Origin: Acidobacteriota bacterium
GTDB taxonomy: Bacteria; Acidobacteriota; Vicinamibacteria; Vicinamibacterales; UBA2999
Assembly (NCBI GenBank): GCA_030697165.1
Contig: JAUYQQ010000023.1
Span: 286,681-350,680, forward strand
Length of the DNA: 64,000 nucleotides
Direction of reading: 5' to 3'
A model generated the notes under the pieces. It worked only from the letters and a program-made list of their open reading frames with translations. It made no database searches and was not told the DNA's origin. The first letter of the stretch is position 1. The number at the start of each line of letters is the position of its first letter. Positions 9,616-18,145 of this stretch are shown piece after piece. A program made the translations under genes and the position numbers.

Positions 9616-12099
9616 CTACCGACCCGCGGCGGTGGTCGTTTCGACCGCCGCGACCCGACCCATCCGGAACGCCGCGCTATTGGCGACTCCGGTAATGAAC
9701 GACGAGAACTTGTAGTTGTTGCGCTTGGCGTCGCGGGCGATGGCGCGCACCGTCGGCATGTCGTACGGCTCGACGCGGCGGCCCAGGGCATAGGTCATCA
9801 GGCTCTCGGTGAAGCTGAGCATGATCACGTCCCGGTGCTTCAGCAGCGCATTGCGCAGCGCGATCGGGCCGTCGAGCTTGGTGCCGTCGAACAGGTCGCC
9901 GGCCGGATCGACCGGCACGCCGTTGTCCTTGATGCGCCAGACGCCGGTGACGTCGAAGTTCTCGAGCGCCAGCCCCAGCGGGTCGATCACCTTGTGGCAC
10001 GACGTGCAGGCCGGGTTCTTGCGGTGTTCTTCCATGCGCTCGCGCACCGACAACGTCTTGCCCGCGTCAACCGACTTGGTCTCTTCGAGCGTCGGCACGT
10101 TGGGCGGCGGCGCCGGCGGCGGCGAGCCGAGCAGCACTTCCATCACCCACTTGCCACGCAGCACCGGCGAGGTGCGGTCGGCGATCGAGGTCAGCAGCAG
10201 CACGCTGCCCTGCCCGAGCACGCCGCGGCGATTGGGATCGGCCAGGGTGACGCGGCGGAACTGCGGACCCAGGATGTTCGGGATGCCGTAGTGCTTGGCC
10301 AGCCGCTCGTTGACGAAGGTGTGGTCGGCGGTCAGCAGGTCGGTCACCGGCCGGTCCTCGCGGATCAGGCTGTCGACGAACAACTCGGTCTCGCGCACCA
10401 GCGCCTGGGACAACGTGGTGTCCCAATAGGAATAGAAGTGATGGTCGGGCCGGACCTTCTCGACGTCCTGCAGCCGCAGCCACTGCGACGCAAACCGCGT
10501 CGACAACGCTTCGGAGCGCGGGTCGGCAAGCATGCGCTTCAGCTGCTTCTCGAACACGGCCGGGGTCTGCAGGGTGCCCTGCATGGCGACCTTCACCAGT
10601 TCCGCGTCGGGCACCGAGCCCCACATGAAGAACGACAGCCGCGACGCCAGGTCGAGGTCGCTGACCCGATATGTCTGGCCGGCCCGCAGCGTCGCCGGCG
10701 CCTGTTCCATGCGGAACAGGAACCGCGGGCTGGCCAGAATAGCCTGCACCGCCATGCGCACGCCCGACTCGAAGTCACCATCCTGGCGGCCGCGCTCGTA
10801 GAACGTCATCAGGCCCTGGAAGTCGTCGGCCTTGACGGGGCCGCGATAGGCCTGGGTCGCCAGCTTGCGGACGATGTCGCCGGCGCAGCGCGTTTCCTCG
10901 GCGGCGGTCGTCGGCCGGCACGAGAAAATCTTGCGGCGGCTCTCGGTATCGGACACGCCGGTCACCGCGACCGGCCCGGCCACCGTGAAGTCGCGCAGGT
11001 GCGGAATGGCGGTGGTCCCGAATACCTCGCCGATGTTGGTGTCGGCCAGGGTGTGCTCGATCGGCATGATCAAGTCGTCGGCCGGCCCCTCGAAGCGCTG
11101 CACGAACGCCGCCGACAGGCGGTGCTGGCCGGCCTTGATGTGGACCTTCGGCGTCTGCATGGTCATGCCGTTGGGGTCCTGCTCGTTCATGCGCGGGTTG
11201 ATGTCCATCAGCGCGACGCGCGCGCCGTTGATCGACACCTCGATCTGCTCCCCGCGGTAGGGGCCACCGAACAGGTCGCCGGTGGGACCCATGTGCAGCA
11301 TGATCTTGAAGTAATACTCGCCGTCGGCCGGAAACACGTGCAGCACCGACAGGCCGCCGCGGGTGCCGAGCGGCGCGCCCTCGACGTGGCGCATCTGCGA
11401 GGCCGTCCGCGGCACCTTCCAGGTGGTCGAACCGGGCGAGGCGTGGCGGTCGCCCACCGCCAGCCGGCTGATCTGGCTGGCCGCGCGCAGGTAGCCCTCC
11501 ATCAGCGTGGAGGAAATCGTCTGCGAGTCGGCGATGTTGTCGAAGCCGTCGCTGATCGTGTCAGCCGGCAGGAAGGCGTTGACGTCAACATCGATCGCCA
11601 GCAGGTCCTTGACCGCGCGCGCATACTCCGCGCGATTCAGGCGCTGCGACGGACGCGACCCGGGATTGGGGTCGAGCGCGGCGGCGCGATCGATGCGGGC
11701 CTCGAAGGCAGTCGCCAGCGCGTTGATGACCTGGGGCTCAGGACGCCGCGAACCAGCCGGCGGCATCATGCCGGCGCGCAGCTTGCGGATGATCTTCTCG
11801 GTCGTCTCGGCGTGCTCGAGCACCTGCGCCGCATCGAAGGCGGCCAGTGACAGGCCGCCGGCCTTGCCGCGCTCACTGTGGCACCCGGCGCAGTACTGCT
11901 TGACGAGCGCGGTCTGCTCAGCCGAGGTCAGGACAGCGGCCGATGGGGAATGCGAAGCGGCCGGCCTCACCACCTGAGGCTGTCCCGCCGTAGCCGCCCG
12001 CGGGCTGGCGGCGGAGGCGGACCGCAAGGGCTGTTGACCGGCCGTCATGACGACCGCGGCGAGGACACCCGCTACTGTTAGACCCGTTCTTTTCATCAT
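9616..12099 (-). CDS. Heme-c DUF1592-type multidomain protein (cassette 2)
   Basis: ORF 9616..12114 (GTG). The likely start is ATG 12099 (MMKRTGLTVAGVLAAVVMTAG), which forms an ATGA overlap with the ankyrin-3 stop. Motifs QYCAGCHS, GMMPPAG and NPACTSCHKVIDPLGLALENFD. Confidence 0.9.
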   Translation of the reverse strand: MMKRTGLTVAGVLAAVVMTAGQQPLRSASAASPRAATAGQPQVVRPAASHSPSAAVLTSAEQTALVKQYCAGCHSERGKAGGLSLAAFDAAQVLEHAETTEKIIRKLRAGMMPPAGSRRPEPQVINALATAFEARIDRAAALDPNPGSRPSQRLNRAEYARAVKDLLAIDVDVNAFLPADTISDGFDNIADSQTISSTLMEGYLRAASQISRLAVGDRHASPGSTTWKVPRTASQMRHVEGAPLGTRGGLSVLHVFPADGEYYFKIMLHMGPTGDLFGGPYRGEQIEVSINGARVALMDINPRMNEQDPNGMTMQTPKVHIKAGQHRLSAAFVQRFEGPADDLIMPIEHTLADTNIGEVFGTTAIPHLRDFTVAGPVAVTGVSDTESRRKIFSCRPTTAAEETRCAGDIVRKLATQAYRGPVKADDFQGLMTFYERGRQDGDFESGVRMAVQAILASPRFLFRMEQAPATLRAGQTYRVSDLDLASRLSFFMWGSVPDAELVKVAMQGTLQTPAVFEKQLKRMLADPRSEALSTRFASQWLRLQDVEKVRPDHHFYSYWDTTLSQALVRETELFVDSLIREDRPVTDLLTADHTFVNERLAKHYGIPNILGPQFRRVTLADPNRRGVLGQGSVLLLTSIADRTSPVLRGKWVMEVLLGSPPPAPPPNVPTLEETKSVDAGKTLSVRERMEEHRKNPACTSCHKVIDPLGLALENFDVTGVWRIKDNGVPVDPAGDLFDGTKLDGPIALRNALLKHRDVIMLSFTESLMTYALGRRVEPYDMPTVRAIARDAKRNNYKFSSFITGVANSAAFRMGRVAAVETTTAAGR

Positions 12100-13883
12100 C
12101 AACACGACACGCACTTGTTGTTGTTCTTGGAGCCGAGCTTCTCGAGCAGCTTCAGCGTTTCGGGATAGGGCTGGGTGCGCTGCACCGGGCCGTTGGCCAT
12201 GTCGGCCACCGTCTGGCCCTCGCGGTTCACCCTGGTAACGTCGGCGCCCTTGCTGACCAGGTAGAGAATCGATTCGTTGTCGCCACGCGCGGCCGCGTGG
12301 TGCAGCGCGGTATTGCCGTCGTGGTCCACCGCGTTGACGTCAGCACCGGCGACTTCGACCATGTACTTGATGCCGGGCAGGAAGCCCGCCGGCGAGTGGA
12401 TGTGCGAGTTGGCGGCGAAGCCTTCGCCGAAGCCGACGCCCGACGCGGCCTGCAGCGGCGGCACGCCGGGACCGCCGAGCGGCACCGGCGGCAGGCCCGA
12501 CACGTCGGCCGCCTGGCGCACTTCGCCGGTGTCGCCGAGCCGTTGCCGGCCGGCGGGACGCATCGTGGGAATGTTCGGGTCGGCGCCGTGCTCCATCAGC
12601 AGCGTCATCGCCGCGACGTCACCGGCAAAGGCGGCACGCCACATCGGCGTGGCGCCGATCTCGTCGACGCCGGCGAGATCGAAGTTGTATTCCGAGTACC
12701 AGACCTTCCGCGTGAGCCGCAGATTCGGATCGGCGCCCTTCTCGAGCAGCGCCTTCATGAACGACAGGTAGGTCGTCTGCTGCTGGTTGTGCGCCCGCGG
12801 CTGGGGATAGAGCGCGCGGGGGGCCCAGGTCACGTTCAGCGCGGCATAGAGCGGCGTCACGCCATTCTCGGCGGCCGCGTTCGGGTTGGCGCCGCGCTCG
12901 AGCAGCCACTGCGCCAGGTCGAACTGGCCGTTGATGGTGGCAATCAGCAGCGGGCTGGTCTTGTCGCCGGCCGACACCTGGTTGACGTCGGCACCGGCCG
13001 CCACGAGCGTCTTGACCGCGTCGGCATAGCCGCCGCGCGCCGCCAGCATCAGCGCGGTCACGCCGCCCTGGGTGCCGATCAACTCGTTATAGAAGAAGGG
13101 CCGGTCGATGCCGGGCCTGCCGCCGCCACCGCGACGACCGCCGCCACCGCCGGCACCTGGGGCCGGGGCCGGGGCATCCGCTGGCGGCGTGGTGCCGGCG
13201 GCCACGACTTGACCGGTGCGGCCCTGGCCGCCACCACCTGGCTGCGCGCCGCTGCCTGAGGCCTGCGCGAGGAACTCCTGTTCCTGGCTGCTGAGGCTCC
13301 CGACGTTGACCACCTTCGACGTCGCCTTGACGTCGGCACCGGCCTTGATCAGCGCCTGGATGGCCTCGACGCGGTTATTGGCGGTGGCAAACATCAGCGG
13401 CGTCTGCCCGAAGGTCTTCTCGCGCGCCTCGATTTCGGCGCCGTTTTCGACCAGCGTGGTGACCGCGGTGGCGTTGCCGGATCCGGCGGCAAGCATCAGC
13501 GCCGTGGTGCCGAGCGCGTTGCCGGCCTTGGCATCGGCGCCGCCGGTGATCAGGGCGGAAATCACGGCCGCGTGCCCGTGCTCGGCGGCCAGCAGCAGCG
13601 GCGTGTAGCCGCCCAGCCGCGTCGTGGCCTTGACGTTGGCGCCGGCGAACAGGAGCATCTGCGTCATCGCCGCATCGCCGTGTCGCGACGCCCAGTGCAG
13701 CGCGGTCATGCCGTCGCCCTGGGCCGCGTTCACGTCGGCGCCGCTCTTGATCAGCGTGCGCACGGCCTCGGTGTCGCGCTTCATCGCCGCATCGGCCACC
13801 GGCGCGGCCGCGGCGCCGAGCATCACCGACAGCGATAGCGCGAGGACAGCGACGAGCCCGAGACCCTGAATCACTTTGCGCAT
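12099..13883 (-). CDS. Secreted ankyrin-repeat protein (cassette 3, with Gly-rich insertion)
   Basis: ORF 12099..13913. Probable start is ATG 13883 (MRKVIQGLGLVAVLALSLSVMLGAAAAPVADA). Ankyrin signatures present. C-terminus KNNNKCVSC. The central linker is expanded to a QPGGGGQ...GAGGGGGRRGGGGRPG stretch. Confidence 0.85.
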   Translation of the reverse strand: MRKVIQGLGLVAVLALSLSVMLGAAAAPVADAAMKRDTEAVRTLIKSGADVNAAQGDGMTALHWASRHGDAAMTQMLLFAGANVKATTRLGGYTPLLLAAEHGHAAVISALITGGADAKAGNALGTTALMLAAGSGNATAVTTLVENGAEIEAREKTFGQTPLMFATANNRVEAIQALIKAGADVKATSKVVNVGSLSSQEQEFLAQASGSGAQPGGGGQGRTGQVVAAGTTPPADAPAPAPGAGGGGGRRGGGGRPGIDRPFFYNELIGTQGGVTALMLAARGGYADAVKTLVAAGADVNQVSAGDKTSPLLIATINGQFDLAQWLLERGANPNAAAENGVTPLYAALNVTWAPRALYPQPRAHNQQQTTYLSFMKALLEKGADPNLRLTRKVWYSEYNFDLAGVDEIGATPMWRAAFAGDVAAMTLLMEHGADPNIPTMRPAGRQRLGDTGEVRQAADVSGLPPVPLGGPGVPPLQAASGVGFGEGFAANSHIHSPAGFLPGIKYMVEVAGADVNAVDHDGNTALHHAAARGDNESILYLVSKGADVTRVNREGQTVADMANGPVQRTQPYPETLKLLEKLGSKNNNKCVSC

Positions 13884-13907
13884 ATGCGTAACCCTGTCAC
13901 TTGCCTT

Positions 13908-14007
13908 CACCACGAAGAGCCCGAAGACTACGAAGAACGCGAAGCCAAGTTTTCCAGAAGGACTCTTCGTGTCCTTCGAGATGGCCTTCGTGTCCTTCGT
14001 GGTTGCC
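13908..14007. repeat. CACGAAG-stutter palindromic intergenic element, copy 2
   Basis: caccacgaagagcccgaagactacgaagaacgcgaag ... cttcgtgtccttcgagatggccttcgtgtccttcgtggttgcc. Same position (ankyrin-DUF1552 gap) and same flanks (ccctgtcactt..., ...cttcgtggttgcctt) as copy 1. Confidence 0.8.
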
Positions 14008-14008
14008 T

Positions 14009-15421
14009 TTACTCCGCCGACGCGGTGGTCACCGGCACGGTGTTCAAGTCGAACCGGCCGGTGCTGTCGCCGAAGCTCTGCACGTCGGTCAGGCCGATGT
14101 CCTGCATCAGGGCCAGCATCGCGTTGGCCATGGGCGTGCCGTCGGCGGCCTTCAGGTGCAGGTTGCCGCGCAGCGCGCCGCCCCCCTTGCCGGCCAGGAA
14201 CAGCGGGCAGCGCTTGTGGTTGTGCACGTTCGAGTTGCCCATCGGCGACCCGTAGATCACGACCGTGTTGTCGAGCAGGTTCTTGTCGCCGTCCGGGGTG
14301 TTCTTCAGCTTGTTCAGGAAGTACGGAATCATGCTCACGTGATACCGGTTGATCTTGTTGAAATCGGTCACGCGGTCTTCGCGCTCGCCGTGGTGCGACG
14401 CGGGGTGGAACGCGGAGCGGACGCCGCTGTCGGGATAGACCCGCGCCGAGCCGTCGCGGCCCATCTTGAACGAGAACACGCGGGTCACGTCGGTGGCAAA
14501 CGCCAGCACCTGCAAGTCGAGCATCAGCTTGACGTGCTCCTCGAACGAATCGGGCACGCCGATCGGCGCCTCCGGCAGTTCGCGGACTTCGCCGGACGCG
14601 TTGTGCGCCTCGACGCGCTGGATGCGGCGCTCGACTTCACGCACTTCCTCGAGGAAGGCGCCCAGGCGGGCGCGGTCGCTGGTGCCCAGCTGCTTCTGCA
14701 ACCGCGCCACCTCTTCGCTCACCCAGTCGAGAATGCTCTTGTCGGTGCGACGAATGGCGGCGCGCTCGGCCGGCGTCGCGCCGACGCCGAACAACGAATC
14801 GAACGCCGCGCGCGGGTCGCGGATCATCGGCAGCGGGGTGTGCGGATCCGACCAGCTGATGGTGTCGGTGTAGGCGCAGCTGTAACCGTAGGCGCAGCCG
14901 CCCGACTGATCGACCGTCTCGATGCTCAACTGCATCGACGGGATGGCCGTCTCCTGGCCGAACTTGTGCGCGTAGAGCTGGTCGAGCGACGTGCCGGCCC
15001 GCACGTCGGAGCCCTGCGTCTTCTTGGGGTGCGACTGGGTCAGGAACACCGCGCTCGAGCGGAAGTGGTCGGCGCCGATCTCCTGCAGCGAAAACGCCTC
15101 GGCGTTGCGGACGTCGGTGTTGCTGACAATCGTCAGGTAGTCGCGGAACGGCTCGAGCGGCGACAGCGCGCTCGGGCTCAGGTCGAACGCGGTGCCGACC
15201 GCCGCCGGCGACCACATGTTCTTGGCGGCGCCGAAGACGGTCGCGCCGGCCGAGCCATGGACCATTTCAATGGCTGACAGCCGCACCTTGCCGGTGACCG
15301 CGGTCTTGGCGAGCAGCGTCTGGGCCGGCATCATTGCGTCGAGCAACGGCAGGGCCACGGTCACGCCAAGGCCGCGCAGAACGGTGCGGCGGGAGATGTG
15401 CTTCTTCGTGATAAATTCCAT
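14009..15421 (-). CDS. DUF1552 (HxxSHH) family protein, Tat-exported (cassette 3)
   Basis: 470 aa. MEFITKKHISRRTVLRGLGVTVALPLLDAM, FHPASHH, HNHKRCPLFLAG. Confidence 0.9.
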   Translation of the reverse strand: MEFITKKHISRRTVLRGLGVTVALPLLDAMMPAQTLLAKTAVTGKVRLSAIEMVHGSAGATVFGAAKNMWSPAAVGTAFDLSPSALSPLEPFRDYLTIVSNTDVRNAEAFSLQEIGADHFRSSAVFLTQSHPKKTQGSDVRAGTSLDQLYAHKFGQETAIPSMQLSIETVDQSGGCAYGYSCAYTDTISWSDPHTPLPMIRDPRAAFDSLFGVGATPAERAAIRRTDKSILDWVSEEVARLQKQLGTSDRARLGAFLEEVREVERRIQRVEAHNASGEVRELPEAPIGVPDSFEEHVKLMLDLQVLAFATDVTRVFSFKMGRDGSARVYPDSGVRSAFHPASHHGEREDRVTDFNKINRYHVSMIPYFLNKLKNTPDGDKNLLDNTVVIYGSPMGNSNVHNHKRCPLFLAGKGGGALRGNLHLKAADGTPMANAMLALMQDIGLTDVQSFGDSTGRFDLNTVPVTTASAE

Positions 15422-15426
15422 GGTTT

Positions 15427-17940
15427 CTATCTCTCCACTGTCGTCGTTTCGACTACGTCAGCCTTGCTCATCTGGAACGCCTGGCTCGTCACGATGCCCA
15501 TGACGAACGCCGAAAACTTGTGATTCTGTTTCGCGGCCTCGCGTGTGATCCGGCGAATCGCCGGCATGTCGAAATACTCGACCCGCCGGCCGAGGCTGTA
15601 GGTCAGCAGCCGCTCGGTGAAGCTCAGCACGAACATGTCCTGGTGCTTCAGCAGCGCCGTGCGCAGGCCCGCGGGCCCGGTCATCTTGGTGCCGTCGTAG
15701 AGGTCGCCAATCGGGTCGACCGGGGCGCCGTTGTCGCGAATGCGCCACCGGCCGGTGACGTCGAAGTTCTCGAGCGCCAGGCCGATCGGGTCGATCACCT
15801 TGTGGCACGAGGTGCACGCCGGGTTGGCGCGATGCTGCTCCATCCGCTGGCGGGTCGTCAGCTGGACGCCGGCATCTTCGCCCTTGGTTTCCTCGAGCAG
15901 CGGCACGTTGGGCGGCGGCGCCGGTGGCGGCGAGGCCAGCAGCACTTCCATCACCCACTTGCCGCGCAGCACCGGCGAAGTGCGATCGGCGACCGAGGTC
16001 AGCGCGAGAATGCTGCCGTGGCCGAGCAGCCCGCGGCGGTTCTCGTCGGCCAGCGTGACGCGGCGGAAGTCGGGGCCGTTCACGTTCGGGAGGCCGTAGT
16101 GCTTGGCGACGCGCTCGTTGACGAACGTGTAATCGGCCGTCAGCAGTTCGGTGATCGGGCGATCGTCGCGGACGATGCTGTCGAAGAACAGTTCGGTTTC
16201 GCGCTTGAGCGCCTGCGCCAGCCCGAAGTCGTAATACGGAAACAACAGCGCGTCGGGATTGAGCTTGTCGAGGTCCTGCAGCCGGAACCACTGCGACGCA
16301 AAGCGGGTGGACAGTGCCTCGGCCTTCGGGTCGGCCAGCATGCGCTTGACCTGCGCGGCGAGCACGCCCGGCGCGCGCAGCGTACCGTTGCCCGCCACCT
16401 TCAGTAACTGCGCGTCGGGGCCCATGCCCCACAGGAAGAACGACAGGCGCGTCGCCAGGTCGCGATCGGTCAGGCGGTAGTTCTGGCCCGGCCGCACCGT
16501 GGCCGGCGCTTCCTCGAGCCGAAACAGGAACTTCGGGCTGGCGAGCATCGCCTGCACCGCGAGCCGGATGCCCGACTCGAAGTCCCCCTCACTGCGCCCC
16601 TGCTGGTAGAACTTCTGCAGGCCGTCGTAGTCGGCGGCGGTCAGCGGCGCCCGGTACGCCTGGGTCGCGAGCGTACGGATAATCTGCGACGCGCACGCGG
16701 CCTCTTCGGCGGCGGCGGTCGGACGGCAGGTGAAGATCTTGCGGCGGCTCGGGGTGTCGGACACGCCGGTCACCTTGAACGGACCACCGACCGCGAACTC
16801 GCGCAGGTGCGGCAGCGTCGTGATCCCGAAGCCCGAGCCGATCTGGCTGTCGGCCAGCGTGTGCTCGATCGGCGGCATCAGGTCGTCGGGCACCGCGTCG
16901 AAGCGCTGCACGAACGCGGCCGCCAGTTGATGCGTCCCCGCCTTGATGTGGACCCTCGGCGTCGTCAGGTTCATCCCGTTGGGGTCCGACTCGCTCATGC
17001 GCGGGTTGATCTCGACCGCGGCGACGCGCTCGCCGTCAATCGACACCTCGAGGATCTCGCCCCGCACGGTGCTGCCAAACAGCTGCCCGGTCGGGATTGA
17101 ATGCAACTGCATGCGGAAGCTGTACTCGCCGTCGGCGGGGAACGTGTGCATGACGGCGATGCCGCCGCGCGTGCCGAACGGCGCGCCCTCGACGTGCCCC
17201 ATCTGCGAGCCGGTGCGCGGCACCTTGAAGGTGACCTCGGCGGCGCCGGTCTTGGGGTCGCCGACCGCGAGCGCGCTGATGCGGCTGGCGGCGCGCAGGT
17301 AGCCTTCCATCAAGGTCGCCGAGAAGCTCTGCGAGTCGGCGACGTTGTCGAAGCCGGCGCTGATCTGGTCGGGCGGCAGGAACGCGCTGACGTCGACGTC
17401 CAGGTCGAACATGCCGCGCACCGCGCGCGCATACTCCGCGCGGTTCAGGCGCTGGAACGGACGGCGGCCGGGATTGGGGCTGAGCGCGGCCGCCTGGTCG
17501 AGTCGCGTCTCCATCGAGGTGGCGAAGGCCGTCAGCACGGTGGCGTCGGGACGCCGCGAACCCGAGGGCGGCATCATCCCCGCGCGCAGCTTGCGGATGA
17601 TCTTCTCCGCGGTCTCCGCGACGTCAACGTCGTGGCCGACCTTCGACGCATCGAAGCCCTGCAGCGACAATCCCGCCGCGTTGTTCTTGTTGCGATCGTT
17701 ATGACAGCTGGCGCAGTACTGCTTGACGAGCGCGTTCTGCCCGCCCTCGCTCGCTGACTGATTCGCGAGCTTCGGCGAGGCCGGCTCGTGGCTCACCGCG
17801 ACCGCTGGCTCCGCCGGGGCAGCCTGTCTCGCCGTAGCGCGCGAAGCGAGCCCGGGCGCGGAGGCGGGCTGCTCCGCGTACACGCGGAATCCAAGCGCCG
17901 CGACCAACCCGAAACCGACCACCAACGAGAGTTTTTTCAT
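15427..17940 (-). CDS. Heme-c DUF1592-type multidomain protein (cassette 3, first gene of the array)
   Basis: 837 aa. Signal MKKLSLVVGFGLVAALGFRVYAEQ. Motifs QYCASCHND, GMMPPSG and NPACTSCHKVIDPIGLALENFD. Confidence 0.9.
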   Translation of the reverse strand: MKKLSLVVGFGLVAALGFRVYAEQPASAPGLASRATARQAAPAEPAVAVSHEPASPKLANQSASEGGQNALVKQYCASCHNDRNKNNAAGLSLQGFDASKVGHDVDVAETAEKIIRKLRAGMMPPSGSRRPDATVLTAFATSMETRLDQAAALSPNPGRRPFQRLNRAEYARAVRGMFDLDVDVSAFLPPDQISAGFDNVADSQSFSATLMEGYLRAASRISALAVGDPKTGAAEVTFKVPRTGSQMGHVEGAPFGTRGGIAVMHTFPADGEYSFRMQLHSIPTGQLFGSTVRGEILEVSIDGERVAAVEINPRMSESDPNGMNLTTPRVHIKAGTHQLAAAFVQRFDAVPDDLMPPIEHTLADSQIGSGFGITTLPHLREFAVGGPFKVTGVSDTPSRRKIFTCRPTAAAEEAACASQIIRTLATQAYRAPLTAADYDGLQKFYQQGRSEGDFESGIRLAVQAMLASPKFLFRLEEAPATVRPGQNYRLTDRDLATRLSFFLWGMGPDAQLLKVAGNGTLRAPGVLAAQVKRMLADPKAEALSTRFASQWFRLQDLDKLNPDALLFPYYDFGLAQALKRETELFFDSIVRDDRPITELLTADYTFVNERVAKHYGLPNVNGPDFRRVTLADENRRGLLGHGSILALTSVADRTSPVLRGKWVMEVLLASPPPAPPPNVPLLEETKGEDAGVQLTTRQRMEQHRANPACTSCHKVIDPIGLALENFDVTGRWRIRDNGAPVDPIGDLYDGTKMTGPAGLRTALLKHQDMFVLSFTERLLTYSLGRRVEYFDMPAIRRITREAAKQNHKFSAFVMGIVTSQAFQMSKADVVETTTVER

Positions 17941-18145
17941 GCTCGCCTTGTCCCCGGCTGTCGAGGACGGTTTTCAACAGGGCCGTTCTAACACTAAGAA
18001 GTCGAATTTTCAACGACTTAGAGGGATTTTGTGTCACGGCTTGTCACTGGCATGATAGTCTCCGTCGGCGGTCCGTGGACGGGCCGGAATCATGTTTTTG
18101 GGCCTGTTTTCTGGCCACATCCGCTGAACGCAGGGAGATCACACC

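Noticed and set aside
8644-11850. Very long plus-strand ORF (1068 aa), with similar ones at 605..1552, 2430..3929, 4607..6511, 6460..8559, 13901..15277, 26548..28767, 48577..50838 and 52743..54917
   Set aside because: They lie antisense to well-supported genes. They are Arg/Gly/His/Ala/Val-rich with no motifs and no sensible starts. They are the expected stop-poor shadow frames of a high-GC genome.
18031-18145. Possible Moco riboswitch in the sorA leader
   Set aside because: The context is tempting (a molybdoenzyme operon with a 115-nt leader), but I could not recognise the conserved Moco-motif helices by eye. An Infernal search would be needed.
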